Assembly (NCBI GenBank): GCA_964631605.1
Contig: CAZVYG010000014.1
Location: 13,446-77,445 of the forward strand
DNA length: 64,000 bases
Direction: 5' to 3'
Source: an uncultured Verrucomicrobiota bacterium
Lineage (GTDB): Bacteria; Verrucomicrobiota; Verrucomicrobiia; Limisphaerales; UBA8199
Shown here: in pieces, positions 38,449-48,401 of the stretch
Layout: each line of letters starts with the position of its first letter
Numbering within the stretch: position 1 is the stretch's first letter
Program-made: the position numbers and the translations under genes
Notes under the pieces: generated by a model
Database searches by the model: none
What the model was told of the DNA's origin: nothing
The model's input: only the letters and a program-made list of their open reading frames with translations

Positions 38449-40448
38449 ACCGCATTCGGCTCCTGCCCGAGCAGGTCGCCAACCAGATTGCCGCCGGCGA
38501 GGTCATCGAGCGCCCCGCCAGCGTCGTCAAGGAGCTGGTCGAGAATGCCCTCGATGCGCAGGCCGGGCGCATTTCGGTCGAAATCCAGGCCGGCGGCCGC
38601 AGCCTCATCCGCGTGCTCGACGACGGTGTGGGCATGAGCCGCGACGACGCCCTGCTCTGCCTCGAACGCCATGCCACGAGCAAAATTCGCCGCGCGGAAG
38701 ACCTCGCGGCCATTGCCACCATGGGTTTTCGGGGTGAGGCGCTGCCCAGCATCGCCAGCGTCAGCCGCTTCACCCTCACCACCCGCGAACGGGACGAACC
38801 GTCGCCCGAAGGGACGCAAATCACCATCAGCGGCGGGAAAATCCTTGAAGTCAAAGCCGCCGGCGTCGCTCCGGGCACCCGCGTGGAAGTCCGCCAGCTC
38901 TTTTTTAATCTACCCGCCCGGCGCAAATTTCTGCGCACCGAGGAGACGGAAGCGGCGCATATTCAACACTACCTGATGCTGGCGGCGCTGGCGTTCCCCG
39001 AAGTCGCGTTTACTTTCCAAAAGGACGGACGTGTGGTCTGGCAGTTGCCCGCCGTCAAAAGCGGTCTCGATACCGCCGCCCGCCTCGGCGCTCTCCGCGA
39101 GCGCTTGCGCGCCTTGTACGGCAACGATCAGAAACTCCTGCCCGTTAACTTCTCCGCCACGCTCCCCCGGCTGGCGCCCCCCGCCCACCTCGAGGCTGAA
39201 ATGGAACCGGAACCCGAAGTCCAGGACCCCGGACGCTTCCACCTCTGGGGGTTCATTGGCGCGCCGGGCGTTTCCCGCGCCACCCGCGAAGACCAACACC
39301 TCTTCGTCAACCGCCGTCCCGTGGAAAATCGGGGCCTAAACTTTGCCTTGCTGGAAGGCTATCACACCGCCTTGATGAAAGGCCGCTACCCGGTGTGCTG
39401 CCTGTTCCTCGAGGTGGATCCCGCCGAGGTTGACGTCAACATTCATCCCGCCAAGCGGGAGGTCAAATTCCACCGCGAAGCCGAAGTCCGCCGCCTGGTC
39501 GCCCAGGCCGTCCGCGAAGCTCTCCTGGAATTCCACAGCCCGCCCGCTCCGGCAAAGACTTTCCTCCCGCCTCCGGCGCCAAAAGCCCAATCCCAATCGC
39601 CGACGCCCAGCCCGGTTCCCGCCCGGCAGCCAAGCCTGCCCCACTTGCCGCTCGAGCTCGAATCGGCCCCAAGCGAACCGGCCGCTCGCGCGCCGGTTCA
39701 ACCCGCTCTGGGACTGGGCTTCCGTTCCTCGTCTGCCGTTCCACCTCCGGCACCACCCGTCGCGCACCCGCCCACTCCCGCAGCGTCGTCGGCGCCCACG
39801 CCGGTACCCGCCGGGCCGCCGGCGTGCGCACCGTCTCCCGTCGCGGCTGCGGTGCCGCTGCTGCAAGTGCCGCTGCGGCTGGTGGGCGTTATTGGAAAAC
39901 TGTATGTGGTGCTCGAGTCGGATCGAGGGCTGGTGTTGCTCGACCAGCACGCCGCGCATGAACGCATTCTCTTCGAGCAAATGCTCGACCGCCTCGAACG
40001 GCAGGACCAGGCGCCCTCGCAAAAACTGCTGCTGCCCGCGACCGTCGAGTTGTCCGCGCGCGACGCGAGTTTTCTCCGGCAACAGTTGGGGGTCCTCACC
40101 CGGCTCGGCGTGGGGTTAAGCGAGTTTGGCGAGCGGACGTTTCTGCTGGATGCGCTGCCGCCGTTCGTCAAAGCGCCGGACCCCCGCCGCTTCGTCCTCG
40201 AACTGGTGGACGAGCTCAAAGCGGCGGGTCAGGCAGTAAACACCCTCCGTCTGGGAGAACAGGTGGTGGCCAAGACGGTGTGCCGCCATGCGGTGAAAGC
40301 CAACGACCCGCTGGCAGGCAAAGAACTGGAGAATCTGGTCGAGGATTTGCGCCGCTGTGCCATGCCCTACACCTGTCCCCATGGCCGCCCCACGCTCATC
40401 GAAATGAGTTACCGCGAGCTGGAGAAGAAATTTGGCCGGTCGCAATAA
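38445..40448 (+). CDS. mutL: DNA mismatch repair endonuclease MutL
   Basis: The N-terminal GHKL ATPase reads IRLLPEQVANQIAAGEVIERPASVVKELVENALDA. A Pro-rich linker follows. The C-terminal endonuclease motifs DQHAAHERILFE (DQHAxxExxxxE) and CPHGRP are both present. The ATG overlaps the upstream kinase stop codon (ATGA at 38445-38448). Confidence 0.95.
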   Translation: MNRIRLLPEQVANQIAAGEVIERPASVVKELVENALDAQAGRISVEIQAGGRSLIRVLDDGVGMSRDDALLCLERHATSKIRRAEDLAAIATMGFRGEALPSIASVSRFTLTTRERDEPSPEGTQITISGGKILEVKAAGVAPGTRVEVRQLFFNLPARRKFLRTEETEAAHIQHYLMLAALAFPEVAFTFQKDGRVVWQLPAVKSGLDTAARLGALRERLRALYGNDQKLLPVNFSATLPRLAPPAHLEAEMEPEPEVQDPGRFHLWGFIGAPGVSRATREDQHLFVNRRPVENRGLNFALLEGYHTALMKGRYPVCCLFLEVDPAEVDVNIHPAKREVKFHREAEVRRLVAQAVREALLEFHSPPAPAKTFLPPPAPKAQSQSPTPSPVPARQPSLPHLPLELESAPSEPAARAPVQPALGLGFRSSSAVPPPAPPVAHPPTPAASSAPTPVPAGPPACAPSPVAAAVPLLQVPLRLVGVIGKLYVVLESDRGLVLLDQHAAHERILFEQMLDRLERQDQAPSQKLLLPATVELSARDASFLRQQLGVLTRLGVGLSEFGERTFLLDALPPFVKAPDPRRFVLELVDELKAAGQAVNTLRLGEQVVAKTVCRHAVKANDPLAGKELENLVEDLRRCAMPYTCPHGRPTLIEMSYRELEKKFGRSQ

Positions 40449-41499
40449 GGCCCAAGGCCTTTCGTTTCAGGCCCTCCAGCTCCCGCTCCAGGCGACGGCG
40501 CCGGCGCCGGGCGCTCCAGGCGGCCGGACGAAAAATCCAGGGCCAGCCCGAAGCCCGGGCGGCCTCGAGTCTTTCCTGCGCCGCCAGATGCCCGGCCAGT
40601 AATTCGAACATACGGCCCACCTCAAGGCGGGCGGCCGCGGCCGCAAATACCGGGTCCAGGGCGGCCCGGTCCTCGAAAGTTCGCCGGATCTCCTCCAGCA
40701 TCTTCTGACGCAACCGGTCCACCGCATACTCCGCCTTCGCATACGACTTGGGATGTTCCCGGAACGTCGAGAAAATTTCCGGAGTGATGCCGAGCACGAT
40801 GCGGAGGCAATTCTGCAGGCCCCAGGCGCCATCGCCGACGGTGCCGTAATCGGTCGGAAACGGGTATCGCTGCAGCGTGGCGGTCCGGTACAGGTTGCTG
40901 GCGGAACTGCCCAGGATGGCGTCACGAAAGTTGAGGAGTGTAAAAACGAAAAGCGCCTCGCCGCGAAGGGCGACCGGCTGCGACACCCCAAGCGTTTCGA
41001 TCAGGTCGTGAACCGGCCAGCGCGACGGCGGCATGGGTTGCCCTTTCGCGCTGATGAATTGGGGCCGGCTGACGACCACGTCGCATGCGAATTCCCGCAT
41101 CACTTCGGACAGATGCCGCAGCCCTTCGAGCGTGATCGTCTCGCCCACGGTCGAAATATAGCAGAACTCGGCTTCGACCTGGCGGATGCCGAAGTTCCAG
41201 GATTGGTATAGTCCGGGGGGATGATCCAACCAGCGGAGGCGCGGATGGTCCAGGGCCGCGTGAAGCAAATCCCGCGTGCCATCCCGCGATTCGCTGTCCA
41301 CCACCACCATTTCCTGCACGTGCGGCAGCCAGGCGCGCATCGCCGCCAGATGCGCCGGCAGCAGCGCGGCGGCATTCCGCGTGGGCAACACCACGCCGAT
41401 TGGCAACGGAGCCGACGGAGCCGTGCGCTGGCCGTTGAGGCTCTCCAAGTCAGAATGCCGCGGGGAGGGTGGCATAACCCCGAGCGGGCTAGGGGGCAA
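40396..41499 (-). CDS. glycosyltransferase family 2
   Basis: GT-A N-terminus IGVVLPTRNAAALLPAHLAAMRAWLPHVQEMVVVDSESRDGT (DxD-like DSE). It is the last gene of the MBOAT operon. Its 3' end overlaps the mutL 3' end by 53 nt, with the two genes convergent. Confidence 0.7.
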   Translation of the reverse strand: MPPSPLGVMPPSPRHSDLESLNGQRTAPSAPLPIGVVLPTRNAAALLPAHLAAMRAWLPHVQEMVVVDSESRDGTRDLLHAALDHPRLRWLDHPPGLYQSWNFGIRQVEAEFCYISTVGETITLEGLRHLSEVMREFACDVVVSRPQFISAKGQPMPPSRWPVHDLIETLGVSQPVALRGEALFVFTLLNFRDAILGSSASNLYRTATLQRYPFPTDYGTVGDGAWGLQNCLRIVLGITPEIFSTFREHPKSYAKAEYAVDRLRQKMLEEIRRTFEDRAALDPVFAAAAARLEVGRMFELLAGHLAAQERLEAARASGWPWIFRPAAWSARRRRRRLERELEGLKRKALGLIATGQISSPARGNSFR

Positions 41500-42517
41500 C
41501 CCCCGGCATTTCGGCAGATGCCAAGGGCTTGTTGCCTTGCAGCAGCGGCGCCAGGTGGGTCAACAGCCGCCGCGTCCGCTCATGGGCGCCCTCTTCAATG
41601 GGATGATACAGGGTGTCGAAGAACCAATCCGGGTCGAGCATCCCTTCCTTTGCCTCCCCCAGAACCGGCACTCCCTGGCTCTCGAAAAACGCGCGGATCG
41701 TGGCCGCGGCGCGCTGGGCAGGTTCGGCCTCATACTCCGGCCGATGAGAGATCGTGGGATAGGTGGCCAGCACCCGCACCCGGTTCTGCCGCGCCCACTC
41801 GATGAATTTTCGGAAAATGGGGAAGCCGTTGGGCTCGGCAGGCAGTCCGCGGGCGAGGTTCTCGCTCCGCAGCGCGAACCAGGGCTGGCCGGGACCGCGA
41901 TTGTCCTTCCGCGCGCCAGTCTGGTCGCCGTATTCGTTCAGCATTTTGACGGAGTAAATCCCGTGGTGGCCCCCCAGGTCGCCGCGCCCGCGATTGCGCC
42001 AGCCTTCCTTCAGCCGCCGCGTGGAAATCCACATCGCCGCGCGGAGCTGCTCCGTCAGCGGCCAGGAACGAAAATAGGCCGCGTCGCGGGCGAAGAGGTA
42101 ATCGAAGTAGAGCGGATCGGTCCACTGGCTGGGCTTGCCGGGTGGCCCATGCTGGTAAGCCTCGTACTCGAATGCCAGCAGGACGGTGTCGCCGGGCTGG
42201 GCGCTGCGCTGGGCCAGCCGCAAGATGTATTCGGCGCCCAGGGCCGCGTGCGTTCCCAGGTTCACCGTGGGGAATCCGGTCTGCTTCTGGATGTCTTTGG
42301 CGCTCAGCCCGAACAGGACCGACGAACCGCCCACCAGCAACAGCTTGGGCGTGCCCGCCGCCCGCGCCAGTTCCTGCTTCCGCGCATTCAAGTCCCAACA
42401 CCACTGGGACGAGAGGGTCGGCGCGCCGAGCTGGGCGAAAAAAACGCCATAGAAAACCGTAAACGCAGTGACCAGGCCGAGCCCGAAACCAACATAGAAT
42501 CTGGTGGGAGCGGTCAT
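41489..42517 (-). CDS. SGNH/DltD/AlgJ-like O-acyl transfer partner protein (membrane-anchored, periplasmic)
   Basis: N-terminal TM segment, then the LLLVGGSSVLFG block (G-x-S) and a C-terminal FFDTLYHPIEEG block (D-x-x-H). It sits 3 nt downstream of the MBOAT gene. The assignment comes from motif and context, not from a search. Confidence 0.5.
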   Translation of the reverse strand: MTAPTRFYVGFGLGLVTAFTVFYGVFFAQLGAPTLSSQWCWDLNARKQELARAAGTPKLLLVGGSSVLFGLSAKDIQKQTGFPTVNLGTHAALGAEYILRLAQRSAQPGDTVLLAFEYEAYQHGPPGKPSQWTDPLYFDYLFARDAAYFRSWPLTEQLRAAMWISTRRLKEGWRNRGRGDLGGHHGIYSVKMLNEYGDQTGARKDNRGPGQPWFALRSENLARGLPAEPNGFPIFRKFIEWARQNRVRVLATYPTISHRPEYEAEPAQRAAATIRAFFESQGVPVLGEAKEGMLDPDWFFDTLYHPIEEGAHERTRRLLTHLAPLLQGNKPLASAEMPGVAP

Positions 42518-42520
42518 GGT

Positions 42521-44071
42521 CTAGAAGTTGAAGTACAGGAACGGACTCTGCGGCAAGGTGAAGTAGCCGCGAATCACAAACAGGAACACCACGCCGCAGG
42601 CAAAGCCGGTCAAGGCATTCAGACGGAGGCGGAACGGTGGCGGCCGGGCGACCGCCTCGAGCGTGGGCTCGTAGGCGGAAAGCAGTTGCTGCGTGTTGGG
42701 CAGGCACCACGCGATGAACAGCAAGGCCACGATGATCTTGAGCGCCTTCCGGTAATCGGCGCTCATCAATGGCACCGTGTTCTCCACCGCCCTGGCCCCG
42801 AGCCAGGCCATGATCTTCTCCGCCTCCCGGCTGCTCCCCTGAAACTCCTTTTGCGCGGTGAAACCGTTCGCCCCGGCCATGGTGGCCAGCAGCCGGCCCG
42901 CGGTCGGCAGGTTCGAGGCGCGGAAGAACACCCAGGTCACCAGCACCAGCAGAAACGTGAACGCCACACACGCCCCGCGATAGCTCCAGTGCTCGAGACG
43001 CCAGCCGCGCGCTTTCTTCAAATTTCGCCACTGATGGTTCACCAGCAGGAACAAACCATGCAGCCCGCCCCAGATCACGAAGTTCCAGCCCGCCCCGTGC
43101 CACAGCCCGCTCAGCAGCATCGTCACCATGATGTTATACGCCTGCCGCCATTGCGAACACCGGTTGCCCCCCAGCATGATGTACACGTACTCCCGGAAGA
43201 AACGCGTCAGCGTCATGTGCCACCGCCGCCAGAAGTCAATAATGCTCCCCGCCCGGTACGGCGAATCGAAATTGCACGGGAACTTCATCCCGAACATCCG
43301 CGCCAGCCCGATCGCCATGTCCGAATACCCGGAAAAGTCAAAGTAAATCTGCATCGCGAAGGCCAGGGTCCCCAGCCAACTGTCAAACCACGAAACCATG
43401 GCCCCATGCTCGGCCGTCGCATACACCGCGATCGCAAACTCCGAAACCGGGTCGGCCAGCAGCAGCTTCTTATACAGCCCCAGCAGGAACAACAGCACGC
43501 CCATGCCCAGGTCCGTCCGCGAGGGCCGCAAATCCCGCTCGACGTACTGCGGGATGATTTCCCAGTGCCGCACGATCGGCCCGGCGATCAGGTGCGGGAA
43601 AAACACCACGAACAGGAAGTAATCAATGAACTTATAGTGGCGCGTGTGGTCCCGGTAAACATCCACCAGATAGGCAATCTGAGTGAACGTGAAAAACGAA
43701 ATCGCCAGCGGCAGGATGATGTCGTACCGCCCGAGGTCCTTCCGCACCACCATCCCGAGAGCGGACAAAACGAAGTTCGTGTATTTGTAATAGCCCAGCA
43801 GCAGCAGGTTCACTCCCACCCCCCCCGTCAGCACCCACTTCCCTGAGGGCCGGTCGCGATAACGCAGCAGCAGCTCTGCGATCGTGTAGTTGAACCCTAT
43901 CGAAAACAGCAGCAACGGGACGTACTCGACCTTCCAATACGCGTAAAAGAACAACGATGCCACCGTCAGCCACAGTTTCTTCGCCACCCGCCACTGCCCG
44001 GGTAGTACCAGAAACACACCGAGGGCGATCGGCAAAAAAACAAAAATGAACTGCCAGGAACTAAAAAGCAT
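42521..44071 (-). CDS. MBOAT-family O-acyltransferase (AlgI/DltB-like)
   Basis: 516 aa and polytopic. It has the family N-terminus MLFSSWQFIFVFLPIALGVF and the conserved blocks FWRRWHMTLTRFFREYVYI and LLSGLWHGAGWNFVIWG (the catalytic His region). Confidence 0.9.
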   Translation of the reverse strand: MLFSSWQFIFVFLPIALGVFLVLPGQWRVAKKLWLTVASLFFYAYWKVEYVPLLLFSIGFNYTIAELLLRYRDRPSGKWVLTGGVGVNLLLLGYYKYTNFVLSALGMVVRKDLGRYDIILPLAISFFTFTQIAYLVDVYRDHTRHYKFIDYFLFVVFFPHLIAGPIVRHWEIIPQYVERDLRPSRTDLGMGVLLFLLGLYKKLLLADPVSEFAIAVYATAEHGAMVSWFDSWLGTLAFAMQIYFDFSGYSDMAIGLARMFGMKFPCNFDSPYRAGSIIDFWRRWHMTLTRFFREYVYIMLGGNRCSQWRQAYNIMVTMLLSGLWHGAGWNFVIWGGLHGLFLLVNHQWRNLKKARGWRLEHWSYRGACVAFTFLLVLVTWVFFRASNLPTAGRLLATMAGANGFTAQKEFQGSSREAEKIMAWLGARAVENTVPLMSADYRKALKIIVALLFIAWCLPNTQQLLSAYEPTLEAVARPPPFRLRLNALTGFACGVVFLFVIRGYFTLPQSPFLYFNF

Positions 44072-44963
44072 CTAGCCGGATAACCGCCGGGCGCGGCCCA
44101 CCGCCGCGGTGGCGATGTCAACGGCCCGCGCCGGGAAGCCCTCGCCGATGCGGGCATCAGAAACCTCGCCCCAGACGCGGACCTCCACCAACCAGCCCGG
44201 ACGGCCTGGCGCGCGAGAGAAACAAGCGTAAAGGTAATGGTGCAATAGCAACTGTTCCGTTCAAAGGCGGGGAGGTTAGTAGGCCCGCTACGCGCGGGCA
44301 AGCGGCTTTTGGGACGTTTTTGGACGTTTTGCGGCCTCCCGAGACCTTGCCCCGCTACAAAACATCCCCAACCTTGTAATTGAACCGAGCTCCACGACAA
44401 CAAACTCTACGCGATGTGCAATGGCGAAATCTTCTGCCTGGACCCCCTCACGGGGGACGGCTTTTGGCATAATCCGTTGCGTGGGTTCGGGACGGGGCTG
44501 GCCACCCTTGCGCTCGCAGGGGCTGCCCCGACCGGCAACGCGCCGGCCCTGGCGGAAGAGCGCCATCGCGCCGCCCGGGCAGCCGCTTCCGCCGCCTGAG
44601 GCGCGTCATCAGCCTCTTCTGCTTGCCGGCCGCGGTTTCAAGGGTGAACCCCGGGGGATTCGTCGGCCACCGTAGAATGACGGTGTCATCGGCAAGCTCG
44701 ATCTCGAGGCGCGGCGGCCTCGCCGGCGGTGGGGTGGGATCAGTGACGTACACCAAAATCTTCTCCCCATCGCTCACCCCGTCCCCGTCGGTGCCCGCCC
44801 GGTTCGGATCGGTGCCGAACCGCCCGGTCTGAGCCTCGTCGCTGAGGCCGTCGCCGTCGTTGTCCAACAACCGGACGAGCAACAATCGGGGCCCGTTGCC
44901 TCCCGCGCCCGAGGTGCTAAAATGGTGGCTGAGGGGCCGGGGGGTTGCTAAATTGAGAGCGGA

Positions 44964-46418
44964 ATGAAGTTGAAAGCCGATGCTTGGCTGTTTGGGGCTG
45001 GAGTCCTGGGCATCGCAGGGGTGTTGTTTCTGCCTCTGCCCTGGGTGGACCGCTCGTTGACTTGGCTGGGGAAGCTGACCACGCCTTCGCTGGTTTCGCT
45101 TCTGGCCTGGTTGCTGGCAGCGGGTGGGTTTTGGGCTTTCAAGGCCCGATTCTGGCCCCCTGACGCCCGAGCGGGCCGTCAATTGCGCAATGCCGTTTTG
45201 CTGTTGGTCCTGCAGGCGGTTTTGCTGCGCGGCGCGATGGAACTGATGGCCGCCTACGGCGCGGGACGGTGGCCGTGGCTGCCCGGGGAGGCGTGGGTCT
45301 GGGTGCCGTGGTTTGTGGTTCCGGGCTTGACGGGCATTCTGCTCGGCGGGCGGTTGGGGGTGCTGGCCAGTTTGAACGGAGGGTTGATGCTCTATCTGGC
45401 GGCCAACCCCGGCCCCTGGCCGGTGGTGGGCTGCGTGGTCTCGGCCTTGACCGGGGTTCTGCTGATGCGCCGGTCACCCACGCGGAGCCGGGTGCTGCGA
45501 GCGGGGGCCGGGAGCGGGGCGCTGCTGGGGGTGGTGGCGGCGATTCAGTATGGTTTGGAGGGCAAGCCGGTGGACGTTGTTGCGGCGGGGGTGTTGATCC
45601 CCGGGATGATCGGATTCCTGAGCGCGTTTGTGGTGCTGGCAGTGCTGCCCGTGCTCGAGTGGGCGCTGGGCGAGCTTTCGGATGTGACCTTGATCGAGTA
45701 TGGCACGGACCATCCGCTCCTGGATCAACTTCGCCAGGAGGCGCCGGGCACCTGGCACCACAGCCTGAACGTGGCGGACCTTTCGGAAAAAGCGGCGGCC
45801 GAGATCGGCGCCCGGGCGTTGTTTTGCAAAGCCTCGGCGCTCTACCATGACATTGGAAAACTCAAGGAGCCGGCTCTCTTCGCCGAGAACAACGACGGGG
45901 TCTCGCCCCACGAGCAACTGGACCCGCTGACCAGCGCGCAAAAAATCAAGGAACACGTTGCCTACGGGGTTGAACTGGCGCGGAAACACCGGCTGCCCCG
46001 CGCCTTTCGGGAGATCATCGCCGAACACCACGGGGTCTCGCTGGTCCGTTTCTTTTACGCCAAGGCCTGCGAACGGCTGCCGGATGGGACCAAGCCGGAA
46101 GTGGATCGAGCGGCGTTTTGTTATCCCGGCCCGCCGCCGTCCACTCGCGAATCCGGCATTGTGGCGCTGGCCGACGCCGTGGAGGCGGCCAGCCGGTCCG
46201 TCACGCTGAAAGCCGAGGCCGAGATGCGCGCCTTCGTGCGCAAGCTGATCGCGGATCGGATTTCGGAAGGGGAACTGGGAGCCTGCCCGCTGACACTCGC
46301 GGAGCTGGCCAGAATTGAGTCAGCCTTTGTGAGCTGGTTAAAAGGGCGGAATCACCTTCGGCCGGCCTACCCGGGAGCTGGGACTCCACCGGCGCGCCCC
46401 GCCCTGGGGGACGGCTGA
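44964..46418 (+). CDS. 7TM-HD membrane phosphohydrolase (HDIG domain, PgpH-like) lacking the long extracellular N-domain
   Basis: About 7 TM helices are followed by the HD domain (WHHSLNVADLSEKAA, LYHDIGKL, AEHHG), as in the 7TMR-HD/PgpH family. Confidence 0.8.
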   Translation: MKLKADAWLFGAGVLGIAGVLFLPLPWVDRSLTWLGKLTTPSLVSLLAWLLAAGGFWAFKARFWPPDARAGRQLRNAVLLLVLQAVLLRGAMELMAAYGAGRWPWLPGEAWVWVPWFVVPGLTGILLGGRLGVLASLNGGLMLYLAANPGPWPVVGCVVSALTGVLLMRRSPTRSRVLRAGAGSGALLGVVAAIQYGLEGKPVDVVAAGVLIPGMIGFLSAFVVLAVLPVLEWALGELSDVTLIEYGTDHPLLDQLRQEAPGTWHHSLNVADLSEKAAAEIGARALFCKASALYHDIGKLKEPALFAENNDGVSPHEQLDPLTSAQKIKEHVAYGVELARKHRLPRAFREIIAEHHGVSLVRFFYAKACERLPDGTKPEVDRAAFCYPGPPPSTRESGIVALADAVEAASRSVTLKAEAEMRAFVRKLIADRISEGELGACPLTLAELARIESAFVSWLKGRNHLRPAYPGAGTPPARPALGDG

Positions 46419-46435
46419 GGCGGGCCGGGCCGCGT

Positions 46436-46462
46436 TGCAGGGGGCGAGTTGCGCCCCCGCGG
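46436..46462. terminator. putative bidirectional terminator hairpin between convergent genes
   Basis: GGGGGCG (46440-46446) pairs with CGCCCCC (46452-46458) around a short loop. It lies in the 49-nt gap between the HD gene (+) and guaA (-). Confidence 0.35.
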
Positions 46463-46467
46463 AGGCG

Positions 46468-48009
46468 TTACTCCCATTCGATGGTGCCGGGGGGTTTGCT
46501 GGTGATGTCGAAACAGACGCGGTTGACGCCTTTGACTTCGTTGATAATGCGGCTGGAAAGCCGCTCCATCAGATCGTAGGGGAGCTTGACCCAGTCGGCC
46601 GTCATGCCGTCCTGGGATTCCACCGCCCGAATGGCGATGGTGTAATCGTAGGTGCGCTCGTCGCCCATCACCCCGACGCTGCGCACCGGCAGCAGCACCG
46701 CGAAACTCTGCCAGACCTTGTAATACCAGCCGGTGCTTTTCATCTCCTCAACGACAATGCGGTCGGCGTTGCGGAGAATTTCCAACCGGGCGGGGGTGAC
46801 CTCGCCGAGGATGCGGACCGCCAGGCCGGGGCCGGGGAAAGGCTGGCGGAGAACGATTTCGCGGGGCAGCCCGAGTTCGAGGCCCAGTTCCCGCACTTCA
46901 TCCTTGAACAGGCATTTCAACGGCTCGAGGAGCTGAAAGCGCATCTTCCTGGGCAGGCCGCCCACGTTGTGGTGGCTCTTGATCATCGCGGCCGGGTTTC
47001 CCCCGATCGGCACCGATTCGATCACGTCCGGGTAGAGGGTGCCCTGGGCAAGGAACCTGGCCTTGCCGGCGCGGCGGGTGGCGGCCTCGAAGACTTCGAT
47101 AAAGGTTTTGCCGATGATCTTCCGTTTCCGCTCGGGGTCGGTCACGCCTTTGAGCCGGCGCAGGAACAGTTGGGTGGCGTTCTCGTATTGCAGTTTGATG
47201 CGGAAGTGCCGGCCAAAGACTTCGCGAACCACTTCCGCCTCGCGGCCGCGGAGCACGCCGTTGTTGACGAAGATGCAGGTGAGCTGGTCGCCGATGGCTT
47301 TGTGGATCAGCGCCGCCGCCACGCTCGAATCCACGCCGCCGCTCAAGCCCAGGATGACGCGCTCGGAGCCGACTTCGCGCCGGATGGCCTCGACCGCCTG
47401 CTCGATGTAGTTGTGCATCGTCCAGTTCTTGCCGCAACCACAGACGTTATGCACGTAATTGGCGAGAATTTCCTTGCCGCGCGGCGTGTGCGCGACTTCC
47501 GGATGAAACTGCAAGCCAAAGAGCTTCCCGTCCTGGTGCTGGATGGCGGCAAAATCCGAGTTTTCGGACACGGCCACGGATTTGAAGCCCCGGGGCAGAC
47601 GGGTGAGCCTGTCGCCGTGGGAGTTCCACACTTGCAGGGTTTCCGGCAGGTTCGCAAACAGGGGACAGAAGCTGTCCTGGACACGGAGGGTGCCCTTGCC
47701 GTATTCGCGTTTCTGGCCGCGCTCGACCTTGCCGCCGAGGAAATGGGCCAGGAGTTGCAGGCCGTAACAGATGCCCAGCACCGGCACTCCCAACTCGAAA
47801 ATCGCCGGATCCGGCAGGGGCGCATCGGCGGCATAGACACTTGAAGGGCCGCCCGACAGGATGAGCCCGCGGGGCGCCAGCGCTTTGAGTTGGGCCGCCG
47901 GAGTGTCGTAGCGGACGATGACCGAATAGACGTTGCACTCGCGAATCCGGCGGGCAATCACCTGAGTGTATTGCGATCCAAAGTCCAGGATGACGATCTG
48001 CTCGAGCAT
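46468..48009 (-). CDS. guaA: GMP synthase (glutamine-hydrolysing)
   Basis: ORF extends to 48066; the canonical start [24 protein letters not shown] is at 48009. The GATase domain ([12 protein letters not shown]), the ATP-PPase P-loop [10 protein letters not shown] and the C-terminal PPGTIEWE are all present. Confidence 0.95.
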   Translation of the reverse strand: MLEQIVILDFGSQYTQVIARRIRECNVYSVIVRYDTPAAQLKALAPRGLILSGGPSSVYAADAPLPDPAIFELGVPVLGICYGLQLLAHFLGGKVERGQKREYGKGTLRVQDSFCPLFANLPETLQVWNSHGDRLTRLPRGFKSVAVSENSDFAAIQHQDGKLFGLQFHPEVAHTPRGKEILANYVHNVCGCGKNWTMHNYIEQAVEAIRREVGSERVILGLSGGVDSSVAAALIHKAIGDQLTCIFVNNGVLRGREAEVVREVFGRHFRIKLQYENATQLFLRRLKGVTDPERKRKIIGKTFIEVFEAATRRAGKARFLAQGTLYPDVIESVPIGGNPAAMIKSHHNVGGLPRKMRFQLLEPLKCLFKDEVRELGLELGLPREIVLRQPFPGPGLAVRILGEVTPARLEILRNADRIVVEEMKSTGWYYKVWQSFAVLLPVRSVGVMGDERTYDYTIAIRAVESQDGMTADWVKLPYDLMERLSSRIINEVKGVNRVCFDITSKPPGTIEWE

Positions 48010-48157
48010 GAATGATTCCAGAAAGCCCCGTTTTTTTGCCTGTATCCCGCCGTTTTGGCGAGTCAAAACTGACGGCCAAAAACAAAAGAGCCGGGCGCAA
48101 AAATCCGCACCCGGCTTGCAAGGATATTTCCCGATAAACGGTTGGGAAAGTGCTGTG

Positions 48158-48283
48158 TTACGGAGTCGCCGCAGGGGCGTTGGTGGCCGGAGCCGGCGGC
48201 GGCGTGGATTGATCGCCGCTCCCGCACCCCACCAAGCCGACTGCGAGACTCAACAATGCCACAAGGGCTAACAGTTTTTTCAT
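48158..48283 (-). CDS. tiny lipoprotein (41 aa)
   Basis: [41 protein letters not shown]. It has a classic signal peptide plus lipobox (LVGC) and a Pro/Ala-rich tail. It lies in the guaA upstream gap. Confidence 0.4.
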   Translation of the reverse strand: MKKLLALVALLSLAVGLVGCGSGDQSTPPPAPATNAPAATP

Positions 48284-48401
48284 AGTGAACATAACCTTGA
48301 CCATGCGACGGCAAAGCACAAGCAAAATTTCACACCCCCGCCAGCGGCGGTTGGGGCCTTTCAAAGTGGGACGGGGGCGCGGCGGCGGGAGCGGGCGGGA
48401 T

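Noticed and set aside
44448-45182. A 244-aa minus-strand ORF as an intact gene.
   Set aside because: Only the central TSP3-repeat portion looks real. The N-terminal part overlaps the start of the 7TM-HD gene and is junk-like. The C-terminal part is antisense to the PQQ-like fragment and is basic junk. It is treated as a fragment (see findings).
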